Positions 29,245 to 38,768 of a stretch of DNA of 64,000 nt are shown one piece after another; position 1 is the first letter of the stretch; each line of letters opens with the position of its first letter. The stretch is taken from the NCBI GenBank assembly GCA_963777605.1, contig CAVZRV010000007.1, forward strand, positions 320,001-384,000, in the 5' to 3' direction. The translations under genes and the position numbers were made by a program. The DNA is from an uncultured Acidobacteriota bacterium (GTDB taxonomy: Bacteria > Acidobacteriota > UBA6911 > RPQK01 > JAPXNP01). The notes beneath the pieces are model-generated. The model was not told the origin of the DNA, made no database searches, and saw only the letters and a program-made list of their open reading frames with translations.

Positions 29245-31149
29245 CTACCTTCGTGCCGACGGGTCACCGATCTTCTCCAGCTTCTCGCGCACCCGCTGAG
29301 CCTCCTCTTCTTTTCCAGCCTTGGAGATGGACTGTTCGTAGACCTGCCGGGCTTCTTCCACTTCTCCCTTGCGAGCGAGAAGATCACCAAGATGTTCGAG
29401 AATTACTGAATCTTGGGCCTCCAGCCGAACGGCTTCCCGCAGGTGCTCCTCGGCCTCATCCAGCTTGTTCTGCTTGAAGTAGACCCAACCCAGACTGTCC
29501 AGAAAAGCTCCATTACTGGGTTCCAGGTCGACCGCTCGCTGGATCAACTCCTGCGCCTCCGCCAGCCGAATCCCCTGCTCAGCAAACATGTAGCCGAGGT
29601 AGTTGAGCGCCTCGGCATAGTCCGGGTCAGCTGTCAGGAGGCGGCGAAACTCTTCTTCGGCCGAAGAGTAGTCCTTCTGCCGTTCGTATGCAGCCCCGAG
29701 TTGAAACCGAAGTCGCTGGCTGTCCGGAGACGAGGCCAAGGCCTCTTTTACGATATTCTGGGCATCCTTAAAGCGATCCTTCGAAAGGTAGAGCTGGCTG
29801 GCGGCAATGTAGAAAAGGTCAGGATCGGAGGAAGAGGGCGCCGATTCCTTCAGGAGTTGAACTCCCTCGTCGACCCGTCCGGCCGATGCCAGCACCTGGC
29901 TACGGGCAATGGTGACGTAGGGGTCACTACCTTGTTTCTCCAGCAACTCCGCACTGAGCGAGAGCGCATCGTTTATGCGCCCTGCGGCCTGATAAACCCG
30001 CAACAGCCTGAGCCGAACATCAAGGTCGTCAGGGTCAGCCTCAATCACCTGGTTCAAAAGGTCAACCGCCTCGTCGTAACGCTTCTGTTCCTGCCGCAAC
30101 CAGGCGAGGTTGGTCATGAACAACGGGCGAAATCCTCGGGTTGCCCCGCTGTCCGATTTGAGGAGAGACTCGAACATCTTCGCTGCCTGGTCGACCTCCC
30201 CCTTAAGGGAAAGCACACTGGCCAGTTCGTACTGCACCTGCAGATTTCCCGGGTCACCAGTGTGGAGTTGTTCAAGCACTTCCTGGGCCCGGTCCAGGTT
30301 GTTATCCTGTCGATAGGCACGAGCGAGGTCGAGGCGAAGATCGTTGTCATGCGGCAGCATGGCCGTCAAGCGCTCAAGTATCGGCACCGCCTCGGAGCCA
30401 CGCCCGAGCCCCACCAGGGTCCGGGCAAGCCCTTCGCTGAGCCGGGGATCAGGGCCATGCTCGAGGCCCCGTCGGTAGACGTCTGCGGCGCCCTCGAGGT
30501 CGCCGTTTCGGGTGTAGAGCTCAGCCAGCAAGATCAGGTAGTTGGGAATGTCGTCCCGGATCTGCAGCCCCTTATTCAGGACGTCGATGGCTTCGTCATA
30601 CCGCTTCAATTCGATGAGCGCCTGGGACTCCGAATAGAAAGCCGCTAGTTCCATCGGCTCCAGTTGCCGAAGGCGATGGAAATATTCGGCCGACTTCTCA
30701 TAATCCTGCTGCTCAAAATACATTTCGGCAGCGGCCTGGAGGGCCTCGGTCTGGTCTGGATCAAGCCTGAGCACCTGCTCGAACTCGTCCAGAGCCTTGG
30801 TCCGCATCGCATCCTGAGAACGTGCGTTGTAGTAAATGCGTCCCAGAACAAGATGAGGCTCGAGCTGTTCGGGGGACTCGGATATCGCCTTCTGACAGAC
30901 TTCCACAGCCTGAGAGATGTCTCCGGACTGAACCAGCGCCTCGGCATATTCGATCCGAAGCCCCATACTGCCGGGATCATCCTCCAGAGCGCTGCGAAAT
31001 TCGACCAGGGCCTTGGCGTAGTCTTCCCTGAACTGAAACATCTTGCCCAGGGTAAAGTGGTAGTAGGAATCTGCCTGGTTCGGCGCTTGCTGGCCTAGAC
31101 CCGTGGCGATCGAGAGAACCGCTATAACGACATTAAGGGATACGCGCAT
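29245..31149 (-). CDS. exported tetratricopeptide repeat protein
   Basis: Many TPRs, ALNYLGY, FLDSLGWVY, EHLGD; conserved position upstream of ispE. Confidence 0.9.
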   Translation of the reverse strand: MRVSLNVVIAVLSIATGLGQQAPNQADSYYHFTLGKMFQFREDYAKALVEFRSALEDDPGSMGLRIEYAEALVQSGDISQAVEVCQKAISESPEQLEPHLVLGRIYYNARSQDAMRTKALDEFEQVLRLDPDQTEALQAAAEMYFEQQDYEKSAEYFHRLRQLEPMELAAFYSESQALIELKRYDEAIDVLNKGLQIRDDIPNYLILLAELYTRNGDLEGAADVYRRGLEHGPDPRLSEGLARTLVGLGRGSEAVPILERLTAMLPHDNDLRLDLARAYRQDNNLDRAQEVLEQLHTGDPGNLQVQYELASVLSLKGEVDQAAKMFESLLKSDSGATRGFRPLFMTNLAWLRQEQKRYDEAVDLLNQVIEADPDDLDVRLRLLRVYQAAGRINDALSLSAELLEKQGSDPYVTIARSQVLASAGRVDEGVQLLKESAPSSSDPDLFYIAASQLYLSKDRFKDAQNIVKEALASSPDSQRLRFQLGAAYERQKDYSSAEEEFRRLLTADPDYAEALNYLGYMFAEQGIRLAEAQELIQRAVDLEPSNGAFLDSLGWVYFKQNKLDEAEEHLREAVRLEAQDSVILEHLGDLLARKGEVEEARQVYEQSISKAGKEEEAQRVREKLEKIGDPSARR

Positions 31150-31266
31150 CGTTTACTTGAGTTTGACCTCCAAGATTGGGGCGATTATCTCACATCCCGC
31201 CCGCCTGGCCCCACGGCGCCCAATGGCCGCCTTCCAAGAGCAGGGTCAAGCCCTGTTCGAACCGAC

Positions 31267-34041
31267 TTACTGGGCCGCGACTGCGGCCATATACTCAAGA
31301 TTATCGGCAAAGAACAGTTCCAGCCCGACCAGCGGAGAATCAGAGGTTACCCGAACAAATCCCCCCAGCTGATCACTCAGATTGGGCAGAAGTTCGGAAA
31401 GAAGCCCCACCGCACGAGCTCCAGCCGGGATCACTACGCTCACAGAATCGTTCGGGGTCCCATCCTTCCGGACGACCTCGATGGTGGCAGTCGCCTCTGC
31501 GGTCCCCGGGTTGATCAGGCTCAACCCCGTCGACAACCCGAGTCCGTCCGCGACGTGGGAGAAGATCAGACGATCGGAGGCAACCGACTGAAGCGGCACG
31601 GTGGACATTGCCTTCCCGCTGAAAACCTGCAGCTCGGCGCTCCCTGCAAGACCCGGCTTGTCGGCTTCCACCGAAATCCATCCGCTCTGCACAGCACCTT
31701 CATCCGTCAGCCCAAAGAGATCGGCAACACTCTGGCGCACCGACTCTCCACCTTCCAGGGTGATTGCCAGAGGAGCAGAAAGTTCCTGTCCGTCATTGCC
31801 CCTGAAAGTCAGGGTGACTTGTAACCGCTGCTGTTCGGGGGTCGGCAGTTCCGGATCTCCCTCGCCGTCGTCTTCCGGGGCCTTCGGGTTGGAATTGACC
31901 AGTTTCAGAATCGTGTCGGTTCCCTGAAAAAGGGTGACCTGAGGGATGTAGAACTGGGTCGGCTGCGGATCCCGATCCGACACCGGCTGACCGTTGACCG
32001 CCGACATCCGCTCGGCTTCGACCACCCGTTCGTAGGCGATGATTCCCGTGTCAGAGGTGACGACTATGTACCCGTCAACAAAGTCTTCGAAATCCGCCTC
32101 CGAGAACAGCCCGTCGACGACCGTATCGTCCGGATTGGTATCGCGCGCCCAGGTAACGAAAACGGTACGCGAAGCCATCTGCCGGTTCGTACTGTCGATT
32201 GCCACCCCGTCAGGTCCGTACAGGGTAATCGTGGCCGTCATCGTCTGGCGGTTCTTGTTCAAAAGCACAAGTTCAGTCTGCCGGCCGTCCAACACCTGGA
32301 TTTCGGGAATCACGACCTTCTGGGAAGTTCCTGGAGAAGCGACCGCACCGTCCAACCGCGTCAGGAGCCGGTCCCCGGTCAGGAAGAAGCTCTTCAAGCC
32401 GGCGACATCGCTGTCCACGTCGAACCAGCCTTCAATATCTCCGCCCGCCGCACTCTGCAGGATCTCGTCGGCTGTCTCCGCAAACTGGGTTTCGGCCGGG
32501 ATCGCTACTTCACGAGGGTTGACGTATTCCACAACGTCTTCGGTGGCCGTGTCGTCCTGAAACTGGCCACCCGAGTTGCTGAAACCGGTGATCACGACAC
32601 TGGCATCGTCAGGTTCCGGGTTGGTGATCGCTACCCCAGTGAACCAGGTGTTGTCGGAAAGCACCCGCTGGATCGAAAATTGGGTCGAGCTTTCGACAAA
32701 CTCGAGGGCGTTTGCATTAAAGTCGGCCACCACCAAAGTCTGCCCGTTTGGAGTGAATCCGATTTGCAGTGGCGCCGAAGAAACAAACGTTCCGTCGGCC
32801 CGCTCGACCGCCCCGCCCATCTGCGTGTAGCGCGGTACCTCGTTGGTTTCCAGGTTGTACGAAATCAACTCGTCTGAAATCGGAGTCGCCAGATACATCC
32901 ACACCCCGTCCGCAGAAAAGGCCGGCTTCGAACGAGGCCGGAACTCACTCCTGAGCGGCGTGAACTTACGGGATTCGCCGGTTTCCGGGTTGATGAAGTA
33001 GAGTTCCAGGCTGCAGATGACGAGAAACTCGTTTTTCGGGGTCCAGTAAACTCCGGTAGCCGCCCCTCCTACCCAGTAACGGGCAAACTCCTCGGTTTCC
33101 AGGTCGAGCACCCAGAGTCGATCGGTCGCCAACTCGGGCACCTGCGACGTCGAACTGATCAGCTGGTCAGTGATGGCCAGATAACGTCCGTCCGGAGAAA
33201 TGATCATCGAGGTCGATGCCGAGAAGTCCTGATAGGGCTCACCGGTGGCGGCTCCTGTTTCCGGCGCATATTTCTTGGTGAGGGTAAAACTCTCCCGGTC
33301 AACCACTGCAATCGAATCCGGCGTTGCCACCTTGTCCAGGTAGTACGACCCGACCAGGGAAATGGCGATGAAGCTTCCGTCCGGCGCCATAGCCAGCCAT
33401 TGTGGCCTGGTCCCCTGGACGAACTGGACCCGGGGGGCAATCTCTTCGGCAGTCTCGAGGCTGAAGCGAATCAACTGGTCGGTTCCGGCGGATGCCACGT
33501 AACCAATCTTGCCGTCCGGAGAAAAGACGATGTTGTTGGCGAAAGAGAGAAACGTGTCGGCAAGATCGACGGTTCTCACCTCATTGGTGTCCATATCGAT
33601 CAGGGCAATCCGGGCAACGTTCTCACCGATGAAGTTGGGCGGCTCAGGGATGTTCCGCCTGAGGAGGAGGCAGGTGACCACGATGGTCTTGCCGTCCGGC
33701 GCCAAAAAGAGCTGATTGGGGTTGTCGCCGACCGTGATGAAATCGAGGATTTCTCCCGAGACCGGGTTGAACACCATGACCTTGTCCGACCCGGAGATGC
33801 TGATGAACGCCCTCGTTGAATCGGGGGCAAACACAAGGTTGGGAGCAAAATTCAAGTCGGTCGTCGAAGAAGATCCTGTTTTCGAGATTTCCAGGTTTCC
33901 CGAAACCACCGGGAGGAGATTGGTGTCGAAATGTAGAGTGTCATCTACATCGGCCAGGTTTACGTGCTCGTAGACTCTCTGACCATACAGGGGACCGATA
34001 CTCAGGAAAAGAGCTGCCGCCAGCAGCCATCTCAAAGCCAT
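31267..34041 (-). CDS. large exported protein: YncE/YVTN-like beta-propeller plus repeated C-terminal beta domains
   Basis: Signal peptide; repeated F/I-(S/A/T)PDG blades; repeats WFTGVAITNP, QTELVLLN, DTILKLVN, STGLSLINP. Confidence 0.75.
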   Translation of the reverse strand: MALRWLLAAALFLSIGPLYGQRVYEHVNLADVDDTLHFDTNLLPVVSGNLEISKTGSSSTTDLNFAPNLVFAPDSTRAFISISGSDKVMVFNPVSGEILDFITVGDNPNQLFLAPDGKTIVVTCLLLRRNIPEPPNFIGENVARIALIDMDTNEVRTVDLADTFLSFANNIVFSPDGKIGYVASAGTDQLIRFSLETAEEIAPRVQFVQGTRPQWLAMAPDGSFIAISLVGSYYLDKVATPDSIAVVDRESFTLTKKYAPETGAATGEPYQDFSASTSMIISPDGRYLAITDQLISSTSQVPELATDRLWVLDLETEEFARYWVGGAATGVYWTPKNEFLVICSLELYFINPETGESRKFTPLRSEFRPRSKPAFSADGVWMYLATPISDELISYNLETNEVPRYTQMGGAVERADGTFVSSAPLQIGFTPNGQTLVVADFNANALEFVESSTQFSIQRVLSDNTWFTGVAITNPEPDDASVVITGFSNSGGQFQDDTATEDVVEYVNPREVAIPAETQFAETADEILQSAAGGDIEGWFDVDSDVAGLKSFFLTGDRLLTRLDGAVASPGTSQKVVIPEIQVLDGRQTELVLLNKNRQTMTATITLYGPDGVAIDSTNRQMASRTVFVTWARDTNPDDTVVDGLFSEADFEDFVDGYIVVTSDTGIIAYERVVEAERMSAVNGQPVSDRDPQPTQFYIPQVTLFQGTDTILKLVNSNPKAPEDDGEGDPELPTPEQQRLQVTLTFRGNDGQELSAPLAITLEGGESVRQSVADLFGLTDEGAVQSGWISVEADKPGLAGSAELQVFSGKAMSTVPLQSVASDRLIFSHVADGLGLSTGLSLINPGTAEATATIEVVRKDGTPNDSVSVVIPAGARAVGLLSELLPNLSDQLGGFVRVTSDSPLVGLELFFADNLEYMAAVAAQ

Positions 34042-34091
34042 AAGCTCACCATTATACAGACTTGATGTCCATTCAATATCAGCGGGTCAAA

Positions 34092-34379
34092 TTATGATTG
34101 ACGGGCTGCGATTCGAATTCTTTCAACAAGGCCACAACCCCAGAATGCATTCACCCGCCCAGCGATCATGGGAGCCAAATCGGCACAGGACGCCCATCCC
34201 TCGGCTTTTGCCTCCAACGTCAGGCGCCCCCCTTCCAGTGCGACCGGAACAAGGTTCCCGGCCAGTCGCTCTCCCACTATTTCAGGCCACAGTTCCTGGA
34301 GCAGGATCAGCGCAAGTTCAGGCTTTCGAGCTACCTCTCTTAAGATTGAAGGAAAACAGTCACGGAGTGGACGCATCAC
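34092..34379 (-). CDS. DciA/DUF721 family protein
   Basis: LQELWPEIVGERLA...PVALEGGRL...W pattern. Confidence 0.7.
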   Translation of the reverse strand: MMRPLRDCFPSILREVARKPELALILLQELWPEIVGERLAGNLVPVALEGGRLTLEAKAEGWASCADLAPMIAGRVNAFWGCGLVERIRIAARQS

Positions 34380-34380
34380 T

Positions 34381-35280
34381 TCAGTTCCCGGCTGGAAGTC
34401 GCCTTATTCGGTCGCCAAAGAATTCCGACTCCGGAACCTTCGCGTTCATCTCGATCATGTCCGGCTTGTAAGAAACAATCTTCCCAGCCGAATCAAGCCC
34501 CACCACCAGGCGCCCGAGAAAGCGTCCTCTTTCGACCGTATTCAGGACTACGGCATTCTGTACCTGGCTCGGGCGAGCCAGGAAGAACCGTCGTTCCATC
34601 GCGATTATTACGTAGATTTCGGGGTTGGCGTCCGCCAGTCTTTTCAGGACGTCACCGGGTAGATCGGCCAGCACTACGAGGAAGTCAGCTTCTTGAAGAA
34701 CCTTTTCCTTGATCCGGGCAACGGCTTCCAGAGGATCGATTCCCGAAAACCCCGAACGTGGAGGAACCCGGGCCGTGTCCGCCAAACCCAAAAACCCAAT
34801 CCGAACATCGGCATCCCCGACCCTTACCGTCTTGATTGCGTAAGGGGCCGGCGCAGCGGCGGAAGACGGGGCCTTCAGGTTAGTCGAGATCACCTCCGCC
34901 CTGGTGAGCATCACCTGCGACAAGGTGGGCCAGTAGTGGAGATCGTCCGCCGTGAGGTTGAAAACATCGACCGGGATCCTGTCCAGGGCCTCGGTCATGA
35001 GTTCGTTAATGGGAGTGGAGGCCGGGCCCGCAGGCCTGAAATAGCCTCCGGCGTCAACGCTGATCACCGGCCCCGCATGCTCCTGCCTGTAGTTGTCGAT
35101 GTAGCCGGCTCTCCGAGCCAGTCCCCCGGTGGGGTTGACCTTTCACCCACAAGGTTCGTGTGCGCCATGGACGTAGCCGGTAAAGAAAAGGGTGAGCTCA
35201 CCCTGCCCGAACAGGCTGCTTCCCGAGCCCACAACAAACAGGCCGACGACCAACGAAACCAGGAAACGAATCCGCATCAC
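34381..35280 (-). CDS. UshA-like (5'-nucleotidase fold) probable selenoprotein; in-frame TGA at 35143-35145
   Basis: Signal peptide, then LTLFFTGYVHGAHEPCG*KVNPTGGLARRA...VDAG, continuous in frame with ORF 34381..35067. Confidence 0.85.
35105..35139 (-). promoter_or_regulatory. candidate bacterial SECIS element
   Basis: Downstream of TGA: GTCAACCCC-ACC-GGGGGAC hairpin and CTGGCTC-GGA-GAGCCGG hairpin with a G-leading loop 28 nt from the TGA. Confidence 0.5.
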
Positions 35281-35377
35281 GTTGGAGATTCTAACGGAAT
35301 CTGTCCCGCCTGGTCAGATATTCTCTTTACAAAGAACACGGCGGTTAGGTAAAACTCGGAGATCCGGAGCGCACTTT

Positions 35378-35893
35378 ATGCACCAGACCCTGTTGCTCAA
35401 TGCGACCTACGAACCGTTGCAGATCGTTTCATGGAAGCGCGCCGTCAAAATGCACTTTCAGGAGAAGGTTGAGATCCTGGAGCACCACAACCGCGAAATC
35501 CGAAGCGTCCGGATGTCGATGAAAGTCCCATCGGTGATCCGCCTGGTCAGTTATGCGCAGATTCGCCGTCGCCACGTCGCAATTCGATTCTCGCGTCAGA
35601 ATCTCTTCGCCCGCGACAAGTTCCGCTGCCAGTATTGTGGCAGCCGTCTACCCTCTTCCGACCTCACCTACGACCACGTTTTACCGGTTGCCCGCGGCGG
35701 CCGAAAAACCTGGGAGAACATCGTCACATCCTGTATGCGCTGCAATCGGGAAAAGGGCAACCGCACCCCTGAGGAAGCGGGGATGCGCATCCTGAAGCGG
35801 CCCTCCGCCCCTCTCGGCTTCCCCGCGAAGATCCAGCTTCTTTTCCATCGGATCCAGGCTCCCGAGAACTGGCAAGCCTACATTTTCAGCTGA
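35378..35893 (+). CDS. HNH endonuclease (McrA-like HNH_5 family)
   Basis: LLNATYEPL, PSVIRL, RDKFRCQYCG, DHVLP..RGG..TWEN.VT.C..CN..KG.RTP. Confidence 0.92.
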   Translation: MHQTLLLNATYEPLQIVSWKRAVKMHFQEKVEILEHHNREIRSVRMSMKVPSVIRLVSYAQIRRRHVAIRFSRQNLFARDKFRCQYCGSRLPSSDLTYDHVLPVARGGRKTWENIVTSCMRCNREKGNRTPEEAGMRILKRPSAPLGFPAKIQLLFHRIQAPENWQAYIFS

Positions 35894-36619
35894 ATGGGTC
35901 GAGCAGTGATCTATCCCATTACGCTGGCACTGTTTGCAAGGTATCCTCGCCTTGGAGAGGTCAAGAGCCGGCTTGCCGCGCGAATTGGTGAAGTTGCTGC
36001 ACTTCGAGTTTACCGTGCGCTCCTTTCCGACTCAGTGCTTCACTTCGGGAGTCTTCCTGCAGCTCGAAAGGTCCTTTACTTGACCGGCTGCAGCCGAGAA
36101 GAGGCGGACCGGTTCCTGTCGGAGGAGCCAAACGCAGCCGGCTTCAAAGTAGACCTGCAAGGCGAGGGCGACCTGGGTTCCCGGATGTGCGCGGTCGCCG
36201 ATACTGCCCTCCGTGAGTCGGGTGGGATCGTCTTCCTCGGCAGCGACAGCCCCACCGTTCCCCTTCCCTACCTCCGGCGAGCACTCGACGAGGTGGCAAG
36301 AGGGACTCCAGTCGTCCTCGGGCCGTCCTGCGACGGGGGGTATTTTCTGATCGGACTCTCGCGGCCGCGGCCTGAACTCTTTCACGACATCGATTGGGGA
36401 AGCGACCTTGTTCTCAGCCAAACCGTTGGCCGAATCTCGAGCGAAGACGTTCTCCTTCTTCCCTACTGGTACGACATTGATCAATGGGAAGACCTTGCCC
36501 TCTTGCGCCTGGACATCTCTCGAAGCCCCGCCTCCACCTTTCCCGGACTGCGCTCGCTCATGATCGATGACGGTGTCCCGTCCGGGCCGAAACCATGTGA
36601 TTCAAAGCGGATCTGGTAA
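35894..36619 (+). CDS. DUF2064/TIGR04282-type glycosyltransferase-like protein
   Basis: FARYPRLGEVKSRL, QGEGDLGSRM, GSDSP, LGPSCDGGYFLIG, IDWGS, DID. Confidence 0.88.
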   Translation: MGRAVIYPITLALFARYPRLGEVKSRLAARIGEVAALRVYRALLSDSVLHFGSLPAARKVLYLTGCSREEADRFLSEEPNAAGFKVDLQGEGDLGSRMCAVADTALRESGGIVFLGSDSPTVPLPYLRRALDEVARGTPVVLGPSCDGGYFLIGLSRPRPELFHDIDWGSDLVLSQTVGRISSEDVLLLPYWYDIDQWEDLALLRLDISRSPASTFPGLRSLMIDDGVPSGPKPCDSKRIW

Positions 36620-36739
36620 ACCGCTTGTGATACTTTTAGTAAGGATGTGCCATCTACTATTCATGGGTGCCGATCAAGTTGACCGGCCCAAGTTAGGACT
36701 CTTTAGAATCATCGGGTTGACGAGAGGGAACGCTGACTG

Positions 36740-37597
36740 ATGTCCGACGAGCAACAGACGCTCTTCGAAAAAGTCAAGAATGGGCTGGAGAACCTTCTGG
36801 CGTTGAAGGTAACGGATGCGGAGCGGGTTCGCTACGCGGACGACCCACTCAACGTTTTCGGGGAGGATTTTTCCAACCAGCGACCGCTGAGAGTCGCCGC
36901 CACCCTGGCTATTCTGTTCCACATCCTGCTCTTTCTGGTCAGCCTTCCTTTCCTGCAACGGCAGATTTTCGTCCCGACCAAGGAGGTCCTGCCACTTCGC
37001 CAGTTGGCGCTTCCTTCACTTCCCAAAGGCGGAGGGCCGCCCGAACCCCAGGTTCCGAAGCCAAAACCGGAACAGGCCGTCCCGAAGCCTAAACCAGTTC
37101 TCGTGCCAATCCCTGATCCGACTCCGCTCGAACCCGAACCGATCCAGCGCGAGGCCGTTGTGGACACTCCCAAGGTCCTTGACGAAGTTGCGTCGGAGTT
37201 GAGCATGGGTGACATCAGTGCGCCGGCCGGACACGGCCAGGGCGTGGAAGGGACCGGGACCGGGATGTCGAGCGGAGAAGGCCCCGCCGCCGGTGCGGGT
37301 GACGGCGTCTACACGCTGGGCAGCGGAGTGACGAATCCCGTTCCGATCAAGCAGACCACCCCCAGTTACACGGATGAAGCGATCAAGGCCAAGGCCCAGG
37401 GTGTAGTTCTCCTGCAGGCGATCATCCGAAAAGATGGTCGGGTAACCGATTTCAAAGTCATCAGAGGCCTGGGTTTCGGGCTGGAGGAAAAGGCAATCGA
37501 AGAAATCGCTTCCAACTGGAGGTTTCGCCCCGGGACACTGCAAGGCAGACCCGTGGACGTGCTGGCGACGATTGAAGTTCAGTTCAATCTGCGCTGA
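36740..37597 (+). CDS. energy transducer TonB family protein
   Basis: TM with His (ILFH), Pro-rich linker, PSYTDEAIKAKAQGVVLL, WRFRPG. Confidence 0.88.
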   Translation: MSDEQQTLFEKVKNGLENLLALKVTDAERVRYADDPLNVFGEDFSNQRPLRVAATLAILFHILLFLVSLPFLQRQIFVPTKEVLPLRQLALPSLPKGGGPPEPQVPKPKPEQAVPKPKPVLVPIPDPTPLEPEPIQREAVVDTPKVLDEVASELSMGDISAPAGHGQGVEGTGTGMSSGEGPAAGAGDGVYTLGSGVTNPVPIKQTTPSYTDEAIKAKAQGVVLLQAIIRKDGRVTDFKVIRGLGFGLEEKAIEEIASNWRFRPGTLQGRPVDVLATIEVQFNLR

Positions 37598-37642
37598 TTC
37601 CGAGTTCTCTCTCTTGCGATCTCTCGTTTCCGACTAAAATTC

Positions 37643-38758
37643 ATGCACAGACTGGCGTTTACTGTGGGCGCGGGCGTTTTCCTGTTCGACTTTCTCACCA
37701 AGTGGATCGTCAAGAACACGCTGGCACTCCATTACTATCCCATCATCAACGGCTTCGTAACCCTTCAGTACGTCCGCAACGAAGGTATTGCGTTCGGCAT
37801 GTTCCGCAACCTTCAGAACGACTGGAAGCCGGTGATTCTGTCTGCAATAGCGGTCATTGCGATCGCTGTCGTCTGCTACTACATCCTTTCCCTGCCCCGC
37901 ACCGATCGGCTCATGTTCCTGGCGCTCGGACTCCTGCTGGGAGGAATCGCAGGCAATTTTCTCGACCGTGCGATGCACGGATACGTGGTTGATTTCGTCA
38001 CACTCCACATCTATGACTGGTTTGCCTGGCCAACCTTCAACCTGGCTGACACTGCGATTACCTGCGGTGTATTCCTGATCCTCATTCAAACATTCATGTT
38101 CGAGGACGAGCCATCGTCGAACCAGGGTCACTCCGCCGGCGCCTTGTTCCTTCCCCTGCTGCTTCTCTCGCCCAGCCCAGTCGCTACCGACCAGATCGTC
38201 CACCAACTGCAGCGGGAGTATGAACACATCCACTCCTTTCGGGCTGACTTCCGGCAGATCTTCAGGAGCCGGGGGATTGAGCAAACCGAGACCGGGATTG
38301 TTATGATGAAGCGTCCCGGAAAGATGTACTGGGAGTACAAAGAACCGAAACTCAAGATCTTCGTAGCTGATGGCAAAAAGACTTTCTTCTATGTTCCTGC
38401 TGACAAACAGGTGATTGTTTCCAGCCTCGACCTTGAAAACAGTGACTCTCCATTGCTTTTCCTGCTCGGCATGGGAAATATCGAGCGTGACTTCCTGGTT
38501 TCCCTCGAATCGGAGGACGGTCCAGAGGCCGCAGATACGCTCCTGCTCCGTTTGACGCCGAGAACTCCCCAGCCTGAGTTCTCTTACCTCTTGGCTGCGG
38601 TGGAGAAAGAGAAATACTGGATTCGCCGACTGACCGTGGTTGAGCCAATCGGGCAGGAGAACGAATACGTGTTGTCGAACGTCGAGCAGAATGTAGACAT
38701 TCCCGACAAGAGATTTCAATTCAAGATACCTTCGAACGCCGAAGTCATACAGCAGTAA
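37643..38758 (+). CDS. lspA: fusion of lipoprotein signal peptidase II (LspA) and outer-membrane lipoprotein carrier LolA
   Basis: NEGIAFG, GNFLDR, VVDF, FNLAD (LspA), then SFRADFRQ, KRPGKMYWEY, FVADGK, SPLLFLLG (LolA), with no stop between. Confidence 0.85.
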   Translation: MHRLAFTVGAGVFLFDFLTKWIVKNTLALHYYPIINGFVTLQYVRNEGIAFGMFRNLQNDWKPVILSAIAVIAIAVVCYYILSLPRTDRLMFLALGLLLGGIAGNFLDRAMHGYVVDFVTLHIYDWFAWPTFNLADTAITCGVFLILIQTFMFEDEPSSNQGHSAGALFLPLLLLSPSPVATDQIVHQLQREYEHIHSFRADFRQIFRSRGIEQTETGIVMMKRPGKMYWEYKEPKLKIFVADGKKTFFYVPADKQVIVSSLDLENSDSPLLFLLGMGNIERDFLVSLESEDGPEAADTLLLRLTPRTPQPEFSYLLAAVEKEKYWIRRLTVVEPIGQENEYVLSNVEQNVDIPDKRFQFKIPSNAEVIQQ

Positions 38759-38768
38759 GGGGTGCAGG

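Noticed and set aside
35378-35893. HNH gene as homing endonuclease or mobile element
   Set aside because: It is a common stand-alone HNH family with no intron, terminal repeats or compositional shift.
35891-35896. TGA read-through fusing HNH to the in-frame transferase as a third selenoprotein
   Set aside because: The TGA is at the natural HNH C-terminus, has no Cys or redox context, and is followed directly by a start codon.
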